This document shows, in pieces, positions 37,290-48,000 of a stretch of DNA of 64,000 nt. The stretch comes from Lepidodermella squamata (lineage: Eukaryota; Animalia; Gastrotricha), in assembly GCA_047495785.1 (NCBI GenBank), contig JBLDXI010000046.1, forward strand, positions 744,001 to 808,000, in the 5' to 3' direction. Position 1 is the stretch's first letter. Every line of letters begins with the position of its first letter. The notes under the pieces were generated by a model that saw only the letters and a list, made by a program, of their open reading frames with translations, was not told the DNA's origin and ran no database searches. Both the position numbers and the translations under genes were made by a program.

Positions 37290-38668
37290 GCGCACTGGCC
37301 TTTTATTTTGCTGTCAAACTAGCCCTACAGCCATGAAACTTGCTTGTGATGAAATATCTTGATAATAGCTTCAACATTTGAAAATTAACGGCTCATTTTT
37401 TTAGCAGTTTCGTAACATTATTTATTATTCAGCTATAAGTTTGCTATAATTTTTTTGTTGTATTCAAAAGCGGCGGATGCTTGAAATTTGCTGATCATAT
37501 TCTTTCTTGATTAAATCAACTCGGTGATGAATTTCGGCCAGACTGTGAAGTATTGTGATTGCGTGTTCATTTGTTATTTTTCTTAGTCTGAATTGTTGCG
37601 TCCTATTAGTTTCCGCGAAATTCCGACCGGGTTATGATGTTGCCCCTTTAAATTACGACATTATTATTTTTGTTTAAAATCGGCAATATTTTATTGAAAA
37701 GTAATTTTTCATCTCGTGAAGATAGATTCAAATAAATAATACCACAGCCTACAATTGTACCTCGCCTGCAATAAACCCTCACTTTTCTCTTGGTTTGAAA
37801 CTATAAAAACACGGCGTGTAACGACATTTCAGAAATTTTGATCTGAAATGTCGCGACAATTCAGAACACGACACTTCAGAAAATTAATTAATGATTATTC
37901 TGAGCGTCATTTCAGAACACGAGGCGTCATTTCAGAATGAAAAACTCAAAATATATTTTTAATATAATTAATCCGAAAACTCCGAAAAATCAGAACATTA
38001 ATATTATTAACTCAGAAACTCAGAAATTTATATAAAAAACTCAGAAAACTCAGAAAACTCAGAATAATAATTACGTTTCTATATGCAGTGGGCTGTGGTC
38101 CGACTCAGACCAGCTCTGATGGGGCTTTATCACCTTCTCGTAACTCTGTCTCCACTTCTGAATCTGATGGGCCGTTGGCCGATTTCGGAAGCCAGAATTT
38201 CGGTCGTAGTCGGCCAAGCCTTGCAACGAAGGCTACGATGATTTACTTGGGGTTGCATCGGGGGGTTTCAAGGGCCATTTCAACGCATGGGCACACAGGG
38301 CACGTGCCCAGGGGCCCTTGCCTCAGTTTGTCAATTTTTCGAGGGTTTGGAGGGCTCACAAAAATGGCTGGTGTACCATGAACAGATGCAAATGTATAGA
38401 GGTCGCCAATTCTCTTATTCTCCCCGTTGAAAATGACCAAAATGCCCCTCTTAATTCGACAATTTTCCGCTGGCTACAACGATGATGATCTTCCGCCTCT
38501 TGGCATATTTCTGATTTTATTTTACTACCACCGCCTGTTACGGCGCTCTCGGCGCGATTACATAGCCTCATAGACTTAGAAATTAATGATGCAATCAACA
38601 ATGTAAAAAGGCGATATAAAATTAACGGTAGAAAAGATAATATGCCGTTTCTCTTAAAAGAGTGCTGG

Positions 38669-41578
38669 TTATAAAACGACGTGTAGCCAGTCCCGTGGGT
38701 CGTGTGAGAGGCTCAGCTGGCTAGGTTTTGAAACTTCACGTAAATGCCAAGCTGGGCACTTATCGGCAAGTACTTTGCGAGCGTCTTCTGACGTTGGGCG
38801 GATACCGCGGACGTAGTTGATGTAGTCCGCCGTATCTAGACCTGCTGCTAAGCAGCGTTCGCCATAGCGTTTGAAGGCACCAAGGAAGACATCCTCAATG
38901 GAGTCGACTCCGGCGTAAGCGATGACGTCAATTACTTCCGTTTCGAAGGGCAGATCAAACAAGGCTCGAAGGCAGTGGGCTTGGATTTCCAACAGTTTTC
39001 CAACCGAGGAGGGCGCAAGGCAACGAAGGGCAGGGGCTCCATAGGCAACCAAGGACTCCAGGACTGTTTTATAAAAGAGCACACAAAGGTTTTTAGGCAA
39101 AACATGCCGCTTGGCCAGGGCGTAGAGGGCGCCAAGGCGAGGCTTCAGTTTTGAGGCAATTATTTCAAGATGGTAATTCCAACTTAGCTGGGGTGTGAGG
39201 TAAATCCCGAGGTAGCGTGCGCGGTTGACCTGAGGCAGGGGCTGGCCATATAGCTCAAAGCGTACTTCAGGAGGCGAGTTGCCATATCTACCGAAGACGA
39301 TCACTTCACACTTTCCCGGGCTTAAGCGAAGCCGCCATTTGTTGCACCACACTTCGATTGAACGTAGGCGCTTTCTTAGCCTCGCGACGCTAGCTGCAAT
39401 CGAGTAGCCGAATGCCCAGATTAGGGAGTCGTCAGCAAATGTGCCTTTTGCGACAGATCTGGTGGCGTCTTGCGGCGAGGAACCTTTTGGCTGAATGTCC
39501 ATGGCATAAAAGATAAAAAGTAGAGGTGATAAAGGCGACCCCTGCGGTACGCCGCAAAAAATATCTCTGCTTGCACTGAGACTGCTGCCAACCCTTACTT
39601 GAAACGAGCGTTCTCTTAAGAAGTCCGAAATCCATCTTACCAATGGAATCGGCAAACCTGATTGTTTTAGTTTTAGCCGCAAGCCGTTATGCCATATAAC
39701 ATCAAATGCAGCCTTGAAATCCAAGAGAATAGCGACCAGCTTTTGTCGTTTTGATATGGCTAGACCGATGTCGCTGATGAACCGGAACACAGGGTCGATG
39801 GTTGACCTAAGAGACCTGAAACCATACTGGTGGGATGGAAGCAATTTGTTTATTTCGAGAAAACGATAGAGAAATTTCGCTACGATTACTTCGAGCCCTT
39901 TGCCGAGTGAAGGCAGAAGGGACACCGGTCGGTAAGAGTCTGGCAAACGTGAGTCCTTCCCCTCTTTGAGTATGGGCACTATAATCGCGATTTTCCAAGC
40001 ACGGGGTACATACCCGGAGTTCAAACTCACTTTGTAGAGATACCTTAGATGGCCTACCAGAGCTGAGCCGCCTTTCTTGAGCAAGATATTTGAGACATTG
40101 TCATGACCAGGGGCCTTCCATTTCAGCTGCCTGAGCATTTGCTTTACCGCCCATTTTGGGACTTTTATAGACTGATTTCGGGGCACTGTCGGAAAAGGTT
40201 TCATCGTTTCATCACTGGCCATTGCAGCATCTGTGTCATTCCAGAATTTGACATCTTCTGGCTTGGTGGACGTAGCTGGCGGGCCTTTCAGAACTTCGGA
40301 GAAAGTTTCGGCAAGTAACTCGCACTTTTCGCCGTCGTCGATGACATTTAGTCCTAGAGCGTTTCTCAGCACAGCGATCTTGCGATGGCGACGCCGCGAT
40401 GAGAGTTTGGAGTTCACAGCTTGCCACGCTGGTCTGGGCTTATTTTCCTCGAAAAGTCTTACCAGTCTTCTGAGGAAGAGTTCACATTGCTTGATTTTTT
40501 GAGCTATAATTAAGTGTTTAATCTGTTTATTTAACCTATTGCATTCAGTCTTGACTTGCGGGTCGCGAGTGCGATCATATAGCCTTTGCATTTTATTACG
40601 CTGTTCCAGCTTGGTAGCTATTTCTGGCGTTAAGCGCCAAGTAGGTAGAGATTTTTCGGTACAAGTTGGTATCGTTTCTTTGGCCGCCATGCTGATGGCT
40701 TCAATTATCGCGTTTAGGTATAAATCTATCTTACTTACCGGATCGCCGGGCATGGGCTTTAAAGGAAGAGCGAGAATTGATAATAAAACTTTTAATTTTT
40801 CGGAGAATTTTTTCCAATTGGCTTTATAGAAATTCAATCTCGGTTCATTACCGTTTGGCCGAGGGGGCTCCGAAGTGGTGCTGAAATCGACATTCAACAC
40901 TGTCGCACAGTGGTCGCTGCCAAACTTGTCCGCCACCGTGGGCGGATGGGTCAACATCGACAAGGCTGCCTGATTGGCGAGCCAAATGTCCAACTGCCGA
41001 CCTCGTCCCTGAGGTGAGAAATGCGTCGGCTGGCCGGAGCTGATAAGTGTGTGACCCTCGCGGTCTAGCCAGTCGACCATGACCGCCCCCGAGGCATTGA
41101 TCGAATCGTCCGGCCTGGAAAGCCGTGGGTGCCAACAGTTGAGGTCGCCAGCTAGCACGCATGGCTCGTCGGAGTCGACTACGCCACCTAGTGCTAAGGA
41201 GAGAAACGAAACGTCAAGTGGATAGCCGGGGGAGCTATACCCCGTTGCAACCGTTAGCGTTTTCCCGTGTTTGTTTACCAGTTTGAGAGCGAGCCATTCG
41301 CTATGTGTGGTGTTGTGTGAATAGAACTCACTTACCCTGATCGAGTTTTTGACCGCAATCGCAACTCCCCCGTAGGCTACGTTGTTGCCAGCTTTTTGTT
41401 CCCTATCTACACGAAAAATGACAAAGCCTGGGATTTCGAAATTATCATTAGATGAGAGCCACGTTTCATTGATAAGGACAATGTCTAGAAAGAGCGATTG
41501 GATAAGAAATAATAGTTCAACTAGTCTGTCTATGATTTTGGAACCGTGGCCTTTGTTCCACTGTCCTATCCTAAACAT
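38669..41578 (-). CDS. LINE ORF2: APE endonuclease plus reverse transcriptase, 969 aa
   Basis: QWN, NETW, AGDLN, GSDH (APE); YRPVSLL, QYGFR, LDFKAAFD, GVPQGSPLSPLLF, FADD, YLG (RT). No recognisable RNase H. Confidence 0.97.
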   Translation of the reverse strand: MFRIGQWNKGHGSKIIDRLVELLFLIQSLFLDIVLINETWLSSNDNFEIPGFVIFRVDREQKAGNNVAYGGVAIAVKNSIRVSEFYSHNTTHSEWLALKLVNKHGKTLTVATGYSSPGYPLDVSFLSLALGGVVDSDEPCVLAGDLNCWHPRLSRPDDSINASGAVMVDWLDREGHTLISSGQPTHFSPQGRGRQLDIWLANQAALSMLTHPPTVADKFGSDHCATVLNVDFSTTSEPPRPNGNEPRLNFYKANWKKFSEKLKVLLSILALPLKPMPGDPVSKIDLYLNAIIEAISMAAKETIPTCTEKSLPTWRLTPEIATKLEQRNKMQRLYDRTRDPQVKTECNRLNKQIKHLIIAQKIKQCELFLRRLVRLFEENKPRPAWQAVNSKLSSRRRHRKIAVLRNALGLNVIDDGEKCELLAETFSEVLKGPPATSTKPEDVKFWNDTDAAMASDETMKPFPTVPRNQSIKVPKWAVKQMLRQLKWKAPGHDNVSNILLKKGGSALVGHLRYLYKVSLNSGYVPRAWKIAIIVPILKEGKDSRLPDSYRPVSLLPSLGKGLEVIVAKFLYRFLEINKLLPSHQYGFRSLRSTIDPVFRFISDIGLAISKRQKLVAILLDFKAAFDVIWHNGLRLKLKQSGLPIPLVRWISDFLRERSFQVRVGSSLSASRDIFCGVPQGSPLSPLLFIFYAMDIQPKGSSPQDATRSVAKGTFADDSLIWAFGYSIAASVARLRKRLRSIEVWCNKWRLRLSPGKCEVIVFGRYGNSPPEVRFELYGQPLPQVNRARYLGIYLTPQLSWNYHLEIIASKLKPRLGALYALAKRHVLPKNLCVLFYKTVLESLVAYGAPALRCLAPSSVGKLLEIQAHCLRALFDLPFETEVIDVIAYAGVDSIEDVFLGAFKRYGERCLAAGLDTADYINYVRGIRPTSEDARKVLADKCPAWHLREVSKPSQLSLSHDPRDWLHVVL

Positions 41579-43193
41579 TGTTTAAATTTGACGATCTACC
41601 TTTGCCGTTTGGCTTCGAGCTGCTCTTGGAGTCGTCCTTGGCATGCTGCATGGGGACATCCTGGGCCGTTTCGGTGACTAGGTCGCCGTCGTTGATGCTC
41701 ACATGGACGAATGATTTGTTGCCCTTAAGCAGAGCTATGAGTTCCGTCATTTTGGTTTCTAGCGCTTCAATACGCTGAGCCTGCCTGGTAAGCACCTCGG
41801 CGATCACGGAGTCAACCTGAGTTTTCAACTTCTTTAGCACTGCGTTGGTGATCTGTTCGATTTTAGCATCATCAATCTGAACCAGAGACTCCTGTCCTGA
41901 GGGAGCTTGCGTGCTGGCAGCTGATGCCAGCTTGTTCGTCTTCACTTGCTGAAGCTCCAGCCATACGTTCTTGACAGGCGGAGGGGCAGCGACGGGCGTC
42001 GGCCTTGAACCGTCGGCTTGCTGCTGTGCTGTGTCGGACCCTAAAATTGTGTGGATTGCGGACCTATTCTTGGCTTCGAGTTTACTCCAAGCATCTCGTA
42101 CTGCCTTGCAGCCAAACCAGCCAGACGAGTGCAGACCATCGCAGTTCGCACACTTCCGGAAGGCTTCGTTGCCAGCTTTCTTACACTCATGAGTGATGTG
42201 GGCGCCAGCGCACCAGCCGCATTTAGCAGCCTTCGCCTTGCAGGCTGTTGTGAGATGCTCGAAGGATTGGCAGTAGTTGCACCTGGGCGGGTTGACCTTG
42301 GCTTTCATTTCTTTGCCGAAGATTTGCCATATTTTCTGCCAACGTAACCCATTGTTTAGCACATTCCAAGCTATAGCCTTAGATTTGAAAAAGCAGATAA
42401 CAGTTTGATGATCGTTTTTCGAGGTGACCACCACGTCCTCAACGTAATCTGACCAGTTGGCCTTGACTTCTTCAGCGCTCACTTCGTTCGGGAAATTAGT
42501 ACAGATCACAGCCCTGCCCTCGACGATTGCCTTTTGGTGGAGACTGGACGTGTCGTTCGCCGCGGCTGGGGGTGTTTCATTCGGGAAGATCTCGTAGTAT
42601 CGCTTGGATCTGTGGACCCTCGCTTTGCCACCGAAGAGCGTCGGCGGCCAGTCCCGCTTCTCCAGCGCGGCCTTCGCCATCTCGGCCTCAATGAATGTTA
42701 CCCGAATGCCACCTCTGGCTAATACCTTGATTTTGTAACACACGTAATTGCCCTCGGGGAGACGCTGAAGTTCGTCCTGAACCGCCTTCTGATCGATAAA
42801 GTTTGGCGGGACATTGTCAATCACAACAGTTCGCAGCTCTATTGCTTGATCACGTAGCAGGTTTTGGGCTTGCTTCACAGCGGTATTGGGCCCCTGTCCA
42901 TGTGGGACCTCCCGGCGAGTGGCCACCTTTCGGTTGCGGCCGGGGGTACTATCGGACCCGAACGAGGTGTTGCCCATTTCGGCTTCGCCTTCATTTCCGA
43001 GACGAAATTTCTTACCCTTTTTATTTGCGACCACCTGAAAATCGCTGTCGTCGGCTAGCCCGTCATCAGTTGATACCCTTGGCTCTTCGACAGACGCATC
43101 GAGGTCGATTTCAGTAGCTTGGCTTATTGATTCGGTGAGGTCGTGGAAGACCTCGCCGTCGTCGTCCGAAAAAGTTGACGGCTGAGCCATCAT
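41571..43193 (-). CDS. LINE ORF1 (gag-like nucleic-acid chaperone), 540 aa
   Basis: Three CCHC knuckles (CNYCQSFEHLTTAC, CGWCAGAHITHEC, CANCDGLHSSGWFGC), RRM-like segments upstream and a coiled-coil-like C-terminus; overlaps ORF2 by 8 nt. Confidence 0.95.
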   Translation of the reverse strand: MMAQPSTFSDDDGEVFHDLTESISQATEIDLDASVEEPRVSTDDGLADDSDFQVVANKKGKKFRLGNEGEAEMGNTSFGSDSTPGRNRKVATRREVPHGQGPNTAVKQAQNLLRDQAIELRTVVIDNVPPNFIDQKAVQDELQRLPEGNYVCYKIKVLARGGIRVTFIEAEMAKAALEKRDWPPTLFGGKARVHRSKRYYEIFPNETPPAAANDTSSLHQKAIVEGRAVICTNFPNEVSAEEVKANWSDYVEDVVVTSKNDHQTVICFFKSKAIAWNVLNNGLRWQKIWQIFGKEMKAKVNPPRCNYCQSFEHLTTACKAKAAKCGWCAGAHITHECKKAGNEAFRKCANCDGLHSSGWFGCKAVRDAWSKLEAKNRSAIHTILGSDTAQQQADGSRPTPVAAPPPVKNVWLELQQVKTNKLASAASTQAPSGQESLVQIDDAKIEQITNAVLKKLKTQVDSVIAEVLTRQAQRIEALETKMTELIALLKGNKSFVHVSINDGDLVTETAQDVPMQHAKDDSKSSSKPNGKGRSSNLNNV

Positions 43194-44574
43194 AGATGGA
43201 ATGTAATAGGGAACAAGCTGGGTTAAGCCCGGCTTGGAATTATTTAGAAGAGGTTGGGTAATTAGGAAATATAGATGATTAATTTATTGGCTTAGTGCCA
43301 GTATAGTAAATTGTAAGCTAAAGGGCTGAAAGAAAAGTCAAGTTAAGAAAAAAAGCGAGAAAAATCCACGTGCTTTTCAAAACGAAATTAAACGAAAAAA
43401 AACTTGACCAGGACACGGATGACGTGTTACATGGCAGTGGAGCGGGCGAGCGACAACCGGATAATTTTATTCGGCTCGCGAACACAAATTGGAACGGGTC
43501 AGAGGTCATCCCGATCTAGTGGCGGATGGGACCTATAAAAGTTGTCTTAGACTTTTAGAATAATTTTGTAAAATAATATTCGGAGTTTTCGGAGTTTTCA
43601 AAGTAAAATTCAAATATATTTCTGAGTTTTCTGAGTTAATTTTTAATTATTTCTGAGTTTACAAAATAAATAGAAAAATATTCGGAGTTTTCGGAGTTTT
43701 CGGAGTTATTTAAAATAATTACAAAATTCATTTTTCTGAGTTGAACGATTCTGAAATGACGCGTTGAGTACTGAAATGTCGCTAAAATAAAAATGATTTT
43801 AATTTTCTGAAGTGTCGCGTTCTGAAATGTACGTTCTGAAATGTCGATTTCTGAAATGTCTCTACTGAAATGACGTAGATCCAAACACGGCACCCAATTT
43901 CGGTTTTTACGGTAATTGGGAAACACGAGTTTAGCCTTGATCCTGCCAACAACGTGTTTCCCTTCTGGGTTAGGCGTTGGCGTAAAATACAGGTCGTGCT
44001 CGTCACCCTGCTGTTCTTCTTTCTTTAAACACCAGCTCACGCTTTTTATTACACAGCCGACAGCTAGCAGCTAACAGCCAACCACCAGCAAGCAGATTGC
44101 ATGATAGTTGTTCTCCGGAAAGTAGGAGATAGTAGGAGATAGTAGGAGAAAGTAGGAAAGTAGGCGGAACCCAAGCCGGCCGCATGTGAGGTTTGAGAAC
44201 TACTGAGATAAGGTATATATCTTGATGGAGAAAGGAATTCTGTGGAATTCCCCTTCGGAGTCGTAAGATTTTGTAGGTGATAATTTCTTATCATCGGCAC
44301 AATTTTCCTTATTTATAAAAGATTTTTCGTGCACTCTTCAGCAGTCTTGGATTCTGCATCTTACTACTGAAACACATTTTACCTCTGAGAAGAGATCCTT
44401 CAAAATCTCGATTCGGTTTCTATATTCTGTGCCATCCAAGACTGCTTAAATGCCTGCGCGTGTCATCGGGCTTCACAGGGGCCCTGGGAAGGAATACATT
44501 ATTCCCGGAATTTCTCAAGTAATTTCAACGAAAAATACACGCGAAGCGAGAAAATGTCGAAGATTTCCCACTTG

Positions 44575-44750
44575 CATAACAGCAAATACCCAAAACAGCA
44601 AACGCGACAAAACAGCAACTCTTTCAACTTGCGACATAACAGCAGAAACACGATGCATCTTTTACATAGTAAGTTTTCGCTGTTTTGTCGCGAAATTTGC
44701 TGTTTTGTCGCATTCGCTGTTTCGCGAAGATGCTGTTTTGTCGCCGTACC
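44575..44750 (+). repeat. AACAGC-rich MITE family copy
   Basis: Matches 6741-6890 and the reverse complement of 60289-60480. Confidence 0.75.
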
Positions 44751-45008
44751 ACCCTGCTTCAAAGCCAATTACAAAATAATCGGCTAAATTTCCATTTTCT
44801 TCCCAGCCCTCCGATTTATTTTCGTGACCCAAAATGGAAAATTTCGAATTTTTTTCTGCTAAATTAAAATTTTATTGCTCAAAGCCTAAAAGGTCTTCGA
44901 CGCTGTTCTAGGGGACTAAAATGTCTTTTTTTGCTAAAAATTTCCTGCCGAAATTTTTTACTAAATGAAGGTTGTGATTCTCAGCTTTGTTAACTTCAAG
45001 TTTGAGAA

Positions 45009-48000
45009 ATGAATGATCAATCCAACTACGCAAAAGCGCCGAGCTCGTTTGGCGATGTTCCCCAATCAACATCGACTGCAGCGAATTTTTGGGTAAGTGA
45101 ATTTTGATAATTTTTTTTAATTTGCTGATATTAATTATGGTTTACTAACTCAAATTTGAAAGATATCTTAAGCTAGCTTATCTAAAGGTATATTGAATGT
45201 TTCATGTTGTGGGTAGATGCTTGACGATATTTTGCTTTGGTTTCTATGAGCTGTCTAGTATTTTTTTACCCTTTGGATGTTTCCACTCACTCATTTACTT
45301 CCACTTCAGTATCAACATTTCTTTACTTCTTTCTGTAACTTTGAAAATTCACTCATTTCACTAACTAACTGTCATGAATTTCAGAAAACCCTGCAGTGGT
45401 TTTTCTGTTTCATCTGCAATCTGCGGAGCACTAGTGCGAATATCGAAGGAGAAGATCGTAATGAGGTTTGTCTAAAATGGCGATCCAGTTATATAGGTCA
45501 TCTTTGCTCAACTGCGAGATTTGTCATTTGCAGATTAAACTCAGTGATGTAGTTTTCGACCCGGAATTTTCGACTATTGGTGCAATCATCGTTACCGAAG
45601 ACGCTCAAGCTCTGGTTAGTATTGTTGTATTAGTGCGTTGTTGAGTTGAGAATTTGCTTGCTATGATGTAGGGTGGTCCATCAGTCTACCAGTCAACGAT
45701 CTCCGTTGCTTCGCAGCCGCCTGAGCCGCTAAAATCTCAATCCGGTTGGTCTGCAACGGTACGTTTTTGATCGAATTTCAATCATTTCATTACAGCGAGT
45801 CCCAGAATAAGTTACGCAGCTAATTCAACTTATTTTCTTTACAATTAAACCCACCGACAGAAAATGCTATCATTTATCTGCGATTTAACCGAAAAAAAAA
45901 TTATCGGATAAAACCCGAAAATTCCCGATTGCGACTGGTTTGGTTATTTTCGGTATGTTACCCGGTTGGAACAAATTTCTCCGGATCCCATTCACAAGTG
46001 GCATACTAGAAATTACTAATCTCGCGATTTTTTGAATTATTCTAAAAATTTTCTGGCCTTCGAGTTTCTGAACCCTTGCGATACATATGGGACACGCTGT
46101 ATAAAACTAGCTGTCATCAATTTTAGGAAACCTTGCGTCGATTGTTCTGTTTTTTGTGCGATCTGTGGAAAACGAGAGCGGACCCCGCTGAGCTTAAAGC
46201 GCCTGAACCGCCAAGCTGCATCACTGTAAAGTCTCAACCCGGCTTAGCTTTAACGGTAGGCTTTTTCGGATTTATTAAAATAGTCCAGAACTTGTTTTCG
46301 AGTATAACCGGTGTTTATTGTGGTAATTTATGGGACCAAAATTTTCCAAGGTGAGGTTTATTTTCCCAGCTTTGAATTGTGGATTTCTTGAGAAAATTAT
46401 GGATTCTGAGCTTATACAGGAAAATTTAGTTTCGGTAACAGAGGGGTCCTTGTAAAAAACTATACCTATCTACTTATATAATTTCAGTAGAAATCATCTA
46501 ATAATATTTAATAATTGATATTAATTTAATAATTAATATTAATTAATATTAATATTAATAATAGGTCGTGGCTAACAACACCCCCCGTAGTGGGTGTCAA
46601 TAAGTGACTATTTACACCCACTGGGTGTCAATAACTTGCTATTTACACCCAGTGGGTGTCTAATCCTTGCTATTTGCACCCACCTGCTGGGTCGCGTTAA
46701 CTTGCTATTTACACCCACTGGTTTTACCTTAGTTTTAGCTCAGAAAACAGTAAAAATTCAAGTTTTGAGGGTAATAAGGCATTAATGTTCATGAGAAATT
46801 GCGTTGCGGTGTTGAAATGGAAATAGCCTTAGTATTTGGACCATTATGAGCCCAACATAATTTGTGATTTTCAGCTTTCATAATATCATTTCAAGTAAAG
46901 TTGAGCTATTAGGTATGTGAGTAATTGGCTTTCCAAATCTGCTTTCCAAATAATTATCACAGCGACCAGCATCATTCACTACTTTGCGATTCTGTTATCT
47001 TGACGTCAAAAATCATATACACGTAACACATCGAGAGGAAGCAATAACCCGTATTGCCGGTTTCTTATTACATGCGATTAAATCAAAGTTTCACAAGTAG
47101 TCAATAGCCGAAATTCATAATTTCAACAAAAAATGAGAATCGCAGCATCTAACAGTTAGAATATACTGGCATAAGAAGTATCATGGATTTGCATGAATTT
47201 CGAATTCAAGTTCTTGACATTATTACACCAATTAAAACGCGCTGTTATAATTGCTGCCAAGGTGAAATTAGTCAACAAAAAACCTAATTGGATTAAAGAC
47301 AGTGAATCAAAGAAAATAACATTGCTCGCGGGCAATGCGAACATGTTTTTTAGAGCAGAAAACACATTTTAAATGAGGCGGTTTCAAGACTATCAATATT
47401 GCGCGGCACCCAGCTTTTATTCGCCTAAAATTCGCCAGGGATCAGAACGTTTTGGCGGGGTCATTGATCAGACGTCAGGGATGATGATCAGCCGTCTTCT
47501 CGATCAAAAATCGGTAAAATCAAAATCTATATTCCAGGGTTAGGGCAGCTTCGGAAACCTTATCAGAGAAAAATAGATGAATTGTAAGAATTTTCGTTGA
47601 AAAATTACACATGATGCGCATCACGTGAGACTTGACGTCATAGAGAACATAAGTAAAAGATGAGAAACTCACGCTAATAGAAACTTGAAACATCGGTTTT
47701 CTTTAAGCAGGACCTTTTCACAAAATGTGCACAAAATGCGCACTCTGCTCTCGCAAACCCACCAATTTTGGGCAAAGCTTTTCTCTGGTTGTACTACTTC
47801 GAATCGGACTCCCCTTTTTATGGTGAATAGACCTGATTTTGAACTTCAAAATTTACCCAACGTTTAAAGATATAGGTATGCAACGGCCAAGCCTTGACGC
47901 CCTCCTGAAGCTGAAAAATGTCGCGATACCGAAGCGAAAAATACCGAGCTCGCGCATTGTTATTGTCGTTGAACAACTCGGATTTAGGTTGTTTATTTTT

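Larger units (their letters stand above)
38069..43556 (-). mobile_element. Full-length, apparently intact Jockey/I-group non-LTR retrotransposon, about 5.5 kb
   Basis: Two uninterrupted ORFs; candidate TSD AGAATAAT at 38061-38068 and 43557-43564; no long poly(A) tail. Confidence 0.9.
37813..43882. mobile_element. Foldback DNA element split by the LINE insertion
   Basis: Left arm about 37813-38060 (acatttcaga, ctcagaaaa repeats) is the inverse of the right arm 43565-43882 (tctgaaatgt, ttttctgag/ttttcggag). AAACAC(GGC) occurs at both outer flanks (37807 and 43883). Confidence 0.75.

Noticed and set aside
37830-38062. CRISPR-like periodic repeats here, at 43570-43880 and at 46590-46720
   Set aside because: Sub-terminal repeats of DNA transposons; no unique equal-length spacers, no cas genes, eukaryotic context.
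38085-38140. Hammerhead or HDV ribozyme at the LINE ends (also the hairpin near 43505-43535)
   Set aside because: No complete CUGANGA...GAAA core or nested pseudoknot could be built by eye.
38270-38548. hAT-type MITE inside the LINE 3'UTR (agggcc...gggcacgtgcccaggggccc)
   Set aside because: The left end is suggestive but the right TIR and TSD are not convincing.
44121-44164. Short tandem repeats (gtaggagata; also gtaacac x3 near 29858 and tcaaatgtat x3 near 52125)
   Set aside because: Ordinary slippage repeats with no sign of function.
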